Part shown: one piece after another, positions 47,302 through 57,687 of the stretch
How the letters are laid out: every line of letters starts with the position of its first letter
Position numbering within the stretch: the stretch's first letter is position 1
Assembly: GCA_964019425.1 (NCBI GenBank)
Contig: OZ025782.1
Coordinates: forward strand, 620,001 to 684,000
Direction of reading: 5' to 3'
Source: Flectonema sp. DT1601
Taxonomy: Eukaryota
DNA: 64,000 nucleotides
Position numbers and translations under genes: made by a program
Notes under the pieces: generated by a model
Databases searched by the model: none
What the model was told of the DNA's origin: nothing
What the model saw: the letters and a program-made list of their open reading frames with translations, nothing else

Positions 47302-49048
47302 GCATCAGAAGAAAAAACAAAACCCGCCTGAGAATATTTCAATAAAAAAGCCTCCGTCAGATAATCAGATCCAACTCAAGAAGATAAAAAGTCCTCAAAC
47401 AACATCTGGGAAGGTTCGACAACAAGCAACTCCATCAACAGGCTGGGCTTCAGTTTATCCAACATTCAGTTCTTTATGGGTTCCATATAACAACAACAGT
47501 GGTAGTCGCAAAACTAAAGTAGACGAACAAGCAATACTAGAAGAAGCAGGTCATGAAGCTCTAAACTGGGCAGCAGGCATCCTACGAGGATTTGAAGACG
47601 ACGAAATTTCTGAAGATGAGTCGCAAAGACCGAACGCTACAACTACTACTACTAAAAAGAAAAAAAGTGAAGTAAAGCATTCTCTCTCAGAACTAGACTG
47701 TGAGTTAACAAAGTTACTATCAGATCATAATACAGTTAAGTGTTTGGAAGCATCTTCTTCAACAAATGGATATCTGAGTCAAAGAAGTAGACAAGAAGTC
47801 TATGAGTTAATCTCGTACACGTTTTCCCGTACACATCACTGGGAAGAGTCTTTATCAAAGTCGTGGTTTAGCTTAATGTGGACATGGAGAAAACCTCGAC
47901 TCAAAACAAAATATATTCTAACAACTCAAAGAGTTAATCATTATCCAGGGACGAGTGCTTTAACTCGAAAAGATTGGTTGAAGAGAAGCCTTCAACGATA
48001 TCGAAGGCTTCCTGGTAGAGCGGGTGAGTATTTTAATATATTTCCTGAAACATTCGCATTACCACAAGACTGTTCTCAATTTGTAGAAGTGACAGGTGTT
48101 TCACTAAACAGAGTCAAACTACAACAATTAGCAGGAGGTACCAAGGGTCATACCTCAGATAGTTGTGGTACATGGATTATAAAACCAGTAGGAATGTCAA
48201 GAGGAAGAGGAATAGAAATCATAACTCATCCAGCAGCAATCACATACGGTGAACCAATAGTAGCACAGAGATATATATCTAATCCTTTGTTGATGTATGG
48301 ACACAAATTTGATCTTCGTATTTACGTTGTCGTCACGTCTTTTCAACCCCTTGTAGCGTATGTCTCTCGTCTTGGATTTGCGAGGTTTGCTTCTCATCCG
48401 TTTACTATGGATCCAGAATCATTTTCTAATAAATTGGTTCATTTAACAAATACGAGTGTTCAGGCAGGTTCTGTACCTCCTCATTTCTGCAACGCTGAAC
48501 ATAATTGTAAATGGTCCTTGGATGAGGTAGCAAAAAAACTCCCACAACTAACGGGTGTACCTTGGAGTAAAACATGGAGTAAGATTGGTGAGTGTTTGAT
48601 CAAATGTTTAGTTGCTGCTGACAAAACAATAGAAAACCAACCATGTCGATTCGAACTACTCGGGTTTGATATTCTCCTTGATGATAAATCAGAGCCTTGG
48701 GTGCTAGAAGTCAATGCCAGTCCTAGTCTAGAAATAGATACATCGCTTGATAAAGAAGTGAAGTCTCGTCTTATTAAGGACTGTGTACAATTAGTTGGTC
48801 CGAAACCTTTTGATAAATTCTCTCTACTGAAAGTTGTGTCTCGGAGAGTCTCGGAATTGGTTTTATCAAAAAAGACGGTTTCCGTAACTCGCAATGCCAT
48901 ACCTCCTCGACAACAACTTAATGAAGACCTTCACTCGATTCTCGGAGATGAGGAAGAGCAGATTGTTGAACCATCCGTCGGTACCAATTTCGAGATTTTA
49001 TCCCCATCTCCAATCAGCGACCGAGTTCACAAAATAATAAAATTATAA
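46187..49048 (+). CDS. Tubulin-tyrosine-ligase-like protein (probable polyglutamylase) with a long N-terminal extension and poly-Q
   Basis: QRVNHYPG, LTRKD, WIIKP, SRGRGI, QRYISNPLL, KFDLRIYV, HLTN, FELLGFDILLD, LEVNASPSL. Confidence 0.92.
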
Positions 49049-49376
49049 TATTTTTAACTGAGATGGCTTTTACCCTTTCTCTTCTTTTCTTTCTTTCGAG
49101 TACGTAGAAATTAACATTTCTCTCTCCTACTGCTGGTGGTACTTGATAATTCTGTTCTGACTACTGTTTTCTGTTTGATAATTAATTTCAGTTAGAGATT
49201 ATTTTATGTCTGGTATCTGCTTATTTGCATACTTTTTTTTTTTTTGGCTTTTTTTTTTTTAGTTTAGTCACACTGTTGGTTACACGGTGTTCAATTTATT
49301 TCTAAATTGAGGGAATTCTTTGTGATTCGTTATATTTATTTAAAAAAAAATCAGAATTTAAAAAAAAAAAAAAAAA

Positions 49377-50366
49377 ATGGAAGCGGTCCCACGAACCACT
49401 GGCATAATGACTGAACTTTTGAGAAGGATTACTGTTCCACAGATTGCTAGTGAAGAAGGCACTCAAAGAGTTCTTTTATTACATCAGTTACTTTGTAGAA
49501 AATTAGAACCACAACTAAGACAAGCAGTGAGTGTATTACAACAAATGGAAGGACTAGAAGGAGACAGGCTTATGATGTTACAACGTGGAGAACACAAAAA
49601 AGCTGATGAAGTATTGAACATTATAAATAATTTAATGGACTCTGTTGACTTGATAGGAAAAGAAAGATCCAACAGTAGAAGAATTCCTAATCACACGAGA
49701 GGGTTTTGCGCAGCAGTATCAGCATCACCTGCTAAGGGTAAAAGATGTTTACCTGCTGTATCGAGAAATAGAACACCTGACGCAACACCATCGAAACTTG
49801 TAATGACGAAGACTGGATTGACAACAACACCACCTGCGACATCAGCTCAGAGATCACGTGATATAAATAAGTCAAAAAGAACAGGGAGTGCTATGGGTAG
49901 AAAATCACCGTCAGCTACGGCAAGTGCACCTCCAGTTGCAGTATCTCATCAGATATTACACTCTCCTCCAAAGACTGTTAATAGTTTACACATGGATGTT
50001 AATAGTTCAAGGATTGTACCTTCGATATCTCCTCAGAGGCCTGTAACACCAATGCATCAACCGTATAGTACTTTATCAACTATTGCAACGCCAATGTCAC
50101 AACGAACTCCTTCAGTGATGGGTATGACATCACCTCGACGTGATAGAGAATTCATATTAGCACTTCTACGTTCACTTCAACTTGATGAATTCGCTCATCT
50201 ATTTGGTGATATGTCTCTCTTATCATTTTATCGACTTACTCTTACTCAACTTCAGCAGTTGGGTCTTCCTGAAGCTGCTCAGTCGACTCTTTATAACTCA
50301 ATTGATCAAATTAAACAAATAGCTGATAACACGTTGTCTCCAGCTCGTAGCTCACATCTAACTTAG
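49377..50366 (+). CDS. Protein with a Ser/Thr/Pro-rich middle and a C-terminal SAM-like domain
   Basis: LLRSLQLDEFAHLF...LTLTQLQQLGLP...LYNSIDQI. Confidence 0.7.
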   Translation: MEAVPRTTGIMTELLRRITVPQIASEEGTQRVLLLHQLLCRKLEPQLRQAVSVLQQMEGLEGDRLMMLQRGEHKKADEVLNIINNLMDSVDLIGKERSNSRRIPNHTRGFCAAVSASPAKGKRCLPAVSRNRTPDATPSKLVMTKTGLTTTPPATSAQRSRDINKSKRTGSAMGRKSPSATASAPPVAVSHQILHSPPKTVNSLHMDVNSSRIVPSISPQRPVTPMHQPYSTLSTIATPMSQRTPSVMGMTSPRRDREFILALLRSLQLDEFAHLFGDMSLLSFYRLTLTQLQQLGLPEAAQSTLYNSIDQIKQIADNTLSPARSSHLT

Positions 50367-50819
50367 TCGATGGTGTTTTGGTCTTTTTATTATTATTATT
50401 TTTTTTTTATTATGTCGCTTATACTCTCCTTAACGACTAGTGGTAGATATCGATCGATTTTAAATTCATCGAGACGAACATCGAAGAAGGAGAACCTTCA
50501 CAAAATACTTCGCCATGCGTTGCGCACTGTTCCAAACATATGACACAGCTAGTCGTTGTGATCTTTGTTTAATCTTTATTATCTGTGTGTTATCCATTTT
50601 CCTTGTTTTTTTCCCCTTTTTCCCCCCTACTAGATAGTTACGCTTTCGAGCGTTGTCCCCTTTTTTTTCATTATTGTATCTTTTTTGTTGCGGCTTTTTT
50701 TTTTTTTTAGTACCCTGATTAAGTATTTCGGACCCCATACTAGATTCGTACGAATAATGTTAGAAAGAAGTTAATTTTTCTTTTTTTTTTTAAAAGATAG
50801 GATATACGCAAGTAATACT

Positions 50820-52241
50820 ATGGCTGGGTGTGTTCGTCCTGAACAAAAGAACGGAAAATTACACTGGTTGGATTGGGAAGCGAAGAGATTTGTTGAAGTT
50901 TGGGTTCAGGCAGATGAGAGATCAGTTTGCTGTTTTACAACAGCAAGTCCGATTTTTTCAAAATTAGTGTGCAGACCGTCGTACTATAAATTTTGTTCTG
51001 GTGTTTATCCAGACAGGGAATCCCTTTTGAGAAAACATGGAAGCAGTATGAACATATCATCAAAATATCACTACTTAGCATTAGAGATGACCCGAGTGAG
51101 AGACCCGTCTTCAATTCCGTCGAGAGTCCCGGCGAGTAATAAAGTAATTAACAACCAACCAGAGTATGAATTAATAGTCTTCAGAACATCGAATAGAATA
51201 ACAGCTCAAGGCTGGGTTGGTTTCTTTGGAGGAGCCAATGCTCTCTGTGGACTGATGAGAACTTCATTAAGACCAAGTCATGTGTATAATCCTGATACAT
51301 TGCCTTTATCAAAACTAATGTCTCAAGATGAAACAAGAAGTAGTTTAGCGATAGCGAAGAGTTCAAGTTCTAATAATACAACTTATCATAAAGTTCACTC
51401 TGTTCGCAGTGATGAGTTCGGAATTCATGGAGCAACGTGGAAGTACAGTATGAAATGTTCTTCTACAGTCAGTCGTTTGGGTGTTTCAAAATCTTCAGGA
51501 TCGAGAAGAACTCTATCCCCACCAAGTCACTCATCACGGAATAGCAGGATAACCAGATCACTGTCTGCTAAACCTGGAAAGTTTCCTTCTCAGTTATGCT
51601 ACGCTGACATCCAACGAATTATAAATAAGAACTTGTCATGGCCAACTGCTGATCATACGATCCCAAGTAGCTCAACTGACTTATCACAAAACAATAATCA
51701 TCAACAACATCATTTTAGTGATAAGAATCGACTGGTTAAGAAATTAGAAACTGATCTCTTACTTGCGAATGAAAGACTTCAATCAGCAGAAGCAAAGTTA
51801 ATTGAAATTTGTCACATCAAAGATGAAGTTAGAGAAACTCTAAGAGATTCTATAAGATCTGAGTTGGTAGCTGAATTTGAAAACACAAAACAACAATGGA
51901 AAGTAGAGTCACAAAACACTGATCTAGTCAGAGAAGAACTACGTAATAATATTAGGGCAGAACTAGAAAATGAGTTTGAAGAAAAGAAGGAAACCTGGTT
52001 ATCAGAAATGCGTGATGAAGTAACAAAACGATGGAATGACGTAACAATTAAACTCCGTGAAAAAGATGAACAGATTACCACTTTACAGAAGAAGCTTGCT
52101 AGTAATGATTCATCACCCAGACCAGTTAGTAGATGTGTTGATGAGTACGTCAAAACTCATCTCACTCAACAAAGCCAAGACACCCTTCACGAACTCGATA
52201 ATCAACTTGACATCCTTCTATCAGAAGCAAACGAAATCTAA
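50820..52241 (+). CDS. Protein with a possible PH-like N-terminus and C-terminal coiled coil
   Basis: 473-aa ORF; KNGKLHWL...FVEVWV and IVFRTSNRITAQGW resemble the first and last PH elements. Confidence 0.65.
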   Translation: MAGCVRPEQKNGKLHWLDWEAKRFVEVWVQADERSVCCFTTASPIFSKLVCRPSYYKFCSGVYPDRESLLRKHGSSMNISSKYHYLALEMTRVRDPSSIPSRVPASNKVINNQPEYELIVFRTSNRITAQGWVGFFGGANALCGLMRTSLRPSHVYNPDTLPLSKLMSQDETRSSLAIAKSSSSNNTTYHKVHSVRSDEFGIHGATWKYSMKCSSTVSRLGVSKSSGSRRTLSPPSHSSRNSRITRSLSAKPGKFPSQLCYADIQRIINKNLSWPTADHTIPSSSTDLSQNNNHQQHHFSDKNRLVKKLETDLLLANERLQSAEAKLIEICHIKDEVRETLRDSIRSELVAEFENTKQQWKVESQNTDLVREELRNNIRAELENEFEEKKETWLSEMRDEVTKRWNDVTIKLREKDEQITTLQKKLASNDSSPRPVSRCVDEYVKTHLTQQSQDTLHELDNQLDILLSEANEI

Positions 52242-52505
52242 ATCCAAAAAAAAAACCCGATTTTAATCTTTGTGATCTTTCACAAGGTCACTTTTTTTTT
52301 TTTTTTTTTTTTTGTGCAAGACAATTTTACTTTTACACCCGAAATTTTTATGCAAGTTTTACACCCGTTTATTATCTTACGTAATTTTAAAAAACAAAAA
52401 AAAAAAGAAAACATTAGTTATGATATTAGTGTTTTTTTAAAGTCAACAAAAAAAAAAAAAAAATTAAACATTTTCTACAAAGGTTGGGGAGGCTACAACA
52501 ACAAA

Positions 52506-55169
52506 ATGATCCGACAAAAGAGCCGAAAAATGGATCTGAGGGAGCTGTCCCACTGGGGCAGTCGAAATGCAAAAATATTTGAGAGGCAAGAAGCGTTATT
52601 TAATTACATCGATAGGAAAAAAGACAAAGAACTGAAAACTTTCTCCGTTGAATCAGCCGAGTCTCTCGTTGAGAGAATGCGAAAGGGCGCTGAAGTTAAT
52701 TTATTTGAAGATCCTGAAAAAGAGAGAGATCGAGTTCTGATACCACAAAAGAGATTTTTTATGGCAGCGACCTACCGAGATGTCTATCGCTACCTGTTTG
52801 ATATAGATGATGAGAATGACTTCACTGAGAGTAGTACCTCAGGGATAGCACCGGTTGCTGCATCCGTTTACGAGATCATTAGAGAAGGCACTCCTTGTAA
52901 TCTTTATTTTGATATTGAAGTTGAATATAATAAAGTCGATGCAACACCTGCTACAGATGTCGAGTTAAGTCAAGCGACCTACTCCAAAGCAATTGAGGAA
53001 GGAATAATCAACCCTCCAGTTACTGAAGAAGTTCCCTTAACACAATGTGACTTATCGTGTACGACAGAGTTCAATTCACAACACCTAACAGATATCTTAT
53101 TAAGGGAACTAAATATTGAATTTAATAGTGTTTATGATATAACAATTCACAGAGAGAATATGGTTAAATTGGTGTCGAACTACACTCATAAGTACTCAGC
53201 TCATTATGTAGTTCATTTACCTGAAGCAGTGTTCAAAAATAATCAACACCAGGGTCGATTTCTTACGTCATTTGTCCAAAGACTGTATGAAAAAGCACAC
53301 ATCGATAACGAACTTCATGAAGCTCTTTTCTATCACAAAATCGACGATGATGTTTCTGCTGCTAGAAGTTTTTGTCAAAATGAAGTTTCTCAGCAACTCC
53401 ATAGAAGAATAAGTCGAGGAAAAATTCATTTTAATAGATCACTAACGCCAGTCATAGACCTCGCAGTGTACACTCGAAATAGAACATTCAGGTGTATGTC
53501 TGCATCTAAATTAGGAAAAAATTCATTCTTGTACATCGACCCTAATGATTGTTCATTTCCTTACTTTACGGACAATGATTTATTCTTAGCTTCTCTGGTA
53601 GCTAACTGTAGTGAGAAAGTTAGTGAAGGTGCGAGAATTCTTGAATTCGGAACTGATAATGTTAAGCAGAACTTACCAAAAGCAATCGGCACAGGTCTTG
53701 GCAACTCAAATAATGATGGACGTGCATCTACTGGTCAATCTGCATACGTAATGCTTGATAATTTTATAAAAAAACTACTAAGAAATAAACCATACGGTAC
53801 TGGCTATGTTACCAGACATATCGTTTATGACACAACTATACTTTATGTTGTAGGTGGTTCTAAGCATTGTGAAAACGTTGGTAGAGAACATAAAAGTAAC
53901 GGTATCTACTTAGTTGTTAATTTAATAACAATGACCGTGAAACAGAAATGCTATGATCATGACTGCCACGGGTTCTCATCAAAGGAAATACCATTGGATC
54001 CACAACTTATATCGTCCATCTTAGAGCTTCAAAGTCAAAAATATGCATCTTACGACAAAAGTAATCAACCTAAACTGGAGCAACCTTTTATTTCTGACGA
54101 TTCTTTATCAAAAGAAGAAGCAGTCGCTAAAGCAATCTCCTTAAACGGAAAAAAAGCTGAAAGGAATTCTGAATATCAGCAACTTGTCCAGTTTAGACAG
54201 CAACAAGCTGAAACAGATCAACTTAAAAAGAAAGAAGCTATCGACAGAGTGCTTAATATAAACAAACAGAAGTTGGCATCAAATTCTGATTACCAAAATC
54301 TCCTTCAATATAGAAAAGAACTGTCCGAGAGAGAGGTAAAAAGAGAGGCAATCAAACGAGCGCTCGCAGCAAACGACAAGCGAAAAGTTGAAAGTCGGGC
54401 TTACCAAGACCTTATGGAATACCGAAATGAAATAAAACGTCAAAAACTAAAAGACATTCCGACATGCGCAAGTGCAGTGGCAGTTGAAACACTTCCGATT
54501 AATATCCGCCCACAGAATGCAGAGCTTAAGATGCTTGTCAGACGTCCCACAACACGTTTTCGTGACAACACTAATGATGACCCGTGGGGTGAATCAAATA
54601 CTCAGAAGTCGTTTGGTTTCCCTTCTCAGAGTTTAGGAAGCAGTCGAAATATTACTCCGTCATCGAGTCATGTTGCCTGTACGAACATAGTTCCCCCAAT
54701 CTCACAACAACCAGACAGCAGACTACAGGAATCAAATAGTCAGCAGTTGGTCAACAGTAGCAACAGTCGCAGTGCTATTCCTTCAACAGATCATTCTGTT
54801 TGTAAGCCTCTGAATAGTAGTCTTGAAGAACATCACGACATCATATCAAATAGTGAGAACAGTGATATTCATCTACAGAAACTAACCAATCAAACTACAA
54901 TAGTTCTTCAACAACAGATTCAAGAAGGTGTGTTGTCATCTCCTTTAAAGGAAATCCCAACAGAGGATTCAACGAATGATGACCATTCAATTGTTGTACG
55001 AGAGAGTGAGGATACCAACAGAAACTCAAATGATCGAAACGGTGGATCGGATTCGGACTCGTCGTCCAGCAGTTCATCAAACTCAACAAGTGAATTATCT
55101 TCGCAGAGAAAAAAACTAAACTTTGCACCTCTCAAAGTGTCGATGAAGTTATCTCACAGAAGGAAATAA
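52506..55169 (+). CDS. PRIMPOL: PrimPol-like DNA primase/polymerase (AEP domain and CHC2 zinc finger) with a long C-terminal extension
   Basis: YEIIREGTPCNLYFDIE (DxE), KYSAH (SxH), IDLAVYTRNRTFR, SKLGK, CENVGREHKSN...QKCYDHDC; the ORF portion before 52506 is homopolymer read-through. Confidence 0.9.
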   Translation: MIRQKSRKMDLRELSHWGSRNAKIFERQEALFNYIDRKKDKELKTFSVESAESLVERMRKGAEVNLFEDPEKERDRVLIPQKRFFMAATYRDVYRYLFDIDDENDFTESSTSGIAPVAASVYEIIREGTPCNLYFDIEVEYNKVDATPATDVELSQATYSKAIEEGIINPPVTEEVPLTQCDLSCTTEFNSQHLTDILLRELNIEFNSVYDITIHRENMVKLVSNYTHKYSAHYVVHLPEAVFKNNQHQGRFLTSFVQRLYEKAHIDNELHEALFYHKIDDDVSAARSFCQNEVSQQLHRRISRGKIHFNRSLTPVIDLAVYTRNRTFRCMSASKLGKNSFLYIDPNDCSFPYFTDNDLFLASLVANCSEKVSEGARILEFGTDNVKQNLPKAIGTGLGNSNNDGRASTGQSAYVMLDNFIKKLLRNKPYGTGYVTRHIVYDTTILYVVGGSKHCENVGREHKSNGIYLVVNLITMTVKQKCYDHDCHGFSSKEIPLDPQLISSILELQSQKYASYDKSNQPKLEQPFISDDSLSKEEAVAKAISLNGKKAERNSEYQQLVQFRQQQAETDQLKKKEAIDRVLNINKQKLASNSDYQNLLQYRKELSEREVKREAIKRALAANDKRKVESRAYQDLMEYRNEIKRQKLKDIPTCASAVAVETLPINIRPQNAELKMLVRRPTTRFRDNTNDDPWGESNTQKSFGFPSQSLGSSRNITPSSSHVACTNIVPPISQQPDSRLQESNSQQLVNSSNSRSAIPSTDHSVCKPLNSSLEEHHDIISNSENSDIHLQKLTNQTTIVLQQQIQEGVLSSPLKEIPTEDSTNDDHSIVVRESEDTNRNSNDRNGGSDSDSSSSSSSNSTSELSSQRKKLNFAPLKVSMKLSHRRK

Positions 55170-55484
55170 CATCCTTCGTCTTGCTAACCAATTACTAATA
55201 ATAATGATTGAGGTAGTAGTATTGTACCAATGTTTTCTTTTTATTTAGAGCTATGAGCTCACCTTATCCCTGACATCCTCTCACTGTAACGCCATCAGTG
55301 GTTATTACCACTAAGGGGGGTTCTGATGTTTATTGTAACGTCTTTTAGTCAAACTTTTTATACCAGAGCATTAATTCATCGTGGCTTCTGGGATTATGTG
55401 TGTTTGTGTGGTCTTGTTATTTTTTGTTTGGTATACTCTTTATATTTATTTACAGAAGGTATAAGCGTGAATCCACTAGGAACA

Positions 55485-56479
55485 ATGCAGGGAGGAGGTG
55501 GTGTTGGAAACGGCAGCAGTAATATAGGAGGAAATAAAGAAGAAGGTGATGAACAGAAGCATCCCCTCACAATCAGTGAGCTGATTGGAGCTGCGCCAAG
55601 CGTACCGAGACAGCCAAAGCAACGACCTGCTTATAGAGTATGATGTTTCTTAATTATTGTTTTTTTAAAAATGAAAAACACAAAAATTTCTAAACCAACC
55701 CAAAAAACAGTTGACTATCGACTTACTTGTAACGTACAAGAAGATAAACGATAATTTCTATGCCAAGAAACGGAAAGAGAGTGCAGCGAAACGGAGCGGA
55801 AATGGAAAAATATTTAACGAAGGGTTTGATGATGATGGTGGTAACTATGTCGTTCAAATAGGAGAAGAAATAGCACAACGCTACATAGTGCAGGACATTC
55901 TCGGAAGGGGAAGTTTCGGAGTAGTAGTTAAAGCTCATGATCACCGACGAGAAGAAAGCGTCGCATTAAAAGTAATTAAAAACAAACCACAATTCACAGC
56001 ACAAGCTAAAATTGAAATCGACATTTTGAGTAAATTGGTTCACCACTCGAGGGAAGATCACAATGTAGTTGTTTTAAAAAAATATTTTACTTGGAAAAAT
56101 CATTTATGTCTCGTATTTGAATTACTCAGTTTTAATCTTTATGACTTAATAAAGTTTACTAAGTTTAGTGGGGTCTCTCTGACTTTGCTTCGTAAATTAG
56201 GATACCAAATTTTGGAAACTCTGGATTTCTTATCTCAGTCTTCCCTTCAAATTATTCACTGTGATCTGAAGCCTGAGAATATTTTGTTAAAAAATCCAAA
56301 ACGGTCGGGTATTAAAGTTGTTGATTTTGGGTCTTCTTGCTACCTAACGAAACGTATGTTTAAATACATACAATCTCGATTCTATAGAGCACCTGAAGTA
56401 ATCCTAGGTATGTCATACAATTGCGCTATCGATATGTGGTCGCTAGGATGTATAATGGTTGAGATGCATACCGGGTATG

Positions 56480-56517
<38 letters not shown>

Positions 56518-57242
56518 TCTCCCTCAAATACCGAATCCTGATAATAATAATAACAAATTAGGTATCCTTTATTTGATGGCCGTGATGAGCCAGATCAACT
56601 TCTTAAAATGGAAGCTGCACTTGGACCTCTTCCCGAGTCAATGATTGAACAAGCAAGTTCCAAAAAAAAACAACAACTATTCGTAGAACAAAACGGACAG
56701 TATGTTTTAAGAAAATCGGCGGGACAGAAACCAAAAGCAAAGCTACTCGAAGAAACACTTGGAGTTGGTAAAGGCGGACCATCTGGAAGAAGAAAGGGAC
56801 AACCAGGTCACAGTACACAAGATTACAAAACATTAGTAGACCTTCTCAACCGTATATTGACATATGATCCAGAGAAGGTTTGTATTTTCTATTTTATTAT
56901 CTACAAATGATAGTCGTATATCCAGGTTAAGTAAAACGATTAAATATATATTAAAACAGAGAATTAAGCCGGCAGAGGCTATGGCGCATCCGTTCTTTGC
57001 AATCTTTCAAAAAGATAAAGAGAAGGAAAAGGTTTGTTTTATTTTTTTTTTTGAAATAGTGTGTGTTTACAATTATTGGATAAGAATTGATAAAAAAAAA
57101 ATCACAACAGGAACGATTGTCGCAACCTGAATCTGCAATACCTCAGCAGTCTTCCTCTTCTTCGATTCCTTCAGCACAGCAACCACTTCGGCCCTCAGCT
57201 CGTCACGTTGATGCAAGCGCTGACATACCTCAAGCGACGTAG
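55485..57242 (+). CDS. DYRK1: DYRK1-class dual-specificity kinase; exons 55485-55637, 55711-56474, 56562-56877, 56960-57031, 57111-57242, ~478 aa
   Basis: PAYRLTIDLLVTYKKINDNFY, DH box GFDDDGGNY, GRGSFG, IIHCDLKPEN, FKYIQSRFYRAPE, GPSGRRKGQPGH; four introns restore the frame. Confidence 0.9.
55638..55710 (+). other. Spliceosomal intron (73 nt)
   Basis: GTATG...CCAACCCAAAAAACAG, phase 0. Confidence 0.9.
56475..56561 (+). other. Spliceosomal intron (87 nt)
   Basis: GTATG poly-T ...AATAACAAATTAG; restores HTG-YPLFDG. Confidence 0.92.
56878..56959 (+). other. Spliceosomal intron (82 nt)
   Basis: GTTTG...ATTAAAACAG; restores YDPEK-RIKPAEAMAHPFF. Confidence 0.92.
57032..57110 (+). other. Spliceosomal intron (79 nt)
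   Basis: GTTTG poly-T ... poly-A TCACAACAG, phase 0. Confidence 0.8.
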
Positions 57243-57655
57243 AGCGTTTTTTTTTTTTTGTCTTACATTCTGTTTTTTCTGTTGGAATTATTATTATTAT
57301 TTTTTTTTATTTTTTTTAATTTTTTTTAAATTTATGATTGTTACGTAATTATGCAGTTACATATTTTCTGGTTACTCTGGTTTCTGCCCCCCTCCCTTCT
57401 CCCCATTCCTCAATACCACCCTCCTGTTCCCAACCACTCAACATCCACCGAACAAAGAATGTGAAAATTAGTTTTTGAGCAGCCTAGTAACGGGCTTCTT
57501 GCTTTCTCTACGTTTGCAGTACTCGTGACCAAGTGCAATTCATGGCTGCAAAAAAAAAAAAAAAAAAAAAAAGAGGGGGGAAATTTCGAAAAAAAAGAAG
57601 AATAAATATAAGTTGGAAATTAACAGAACGAATAATAGTTGTGAATTAGTATTTT

Positions 57656-57687
<32 letters not shown>

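Noticed and set aside
52272..52505. Poly-Phe/poly-Lys N-terminus of the PrimPol ORF
   Set aside because: Homopolymer-rich UTR/intergenic sequence; ATG 52506 is the plausible start
52506..55169. PrimPol as a sign of a virus or Polinton-like element
   Set aside because: Cellular PrimPol-type motif order, ordinary neighbours, and no capsid, integrase or terminal repeats
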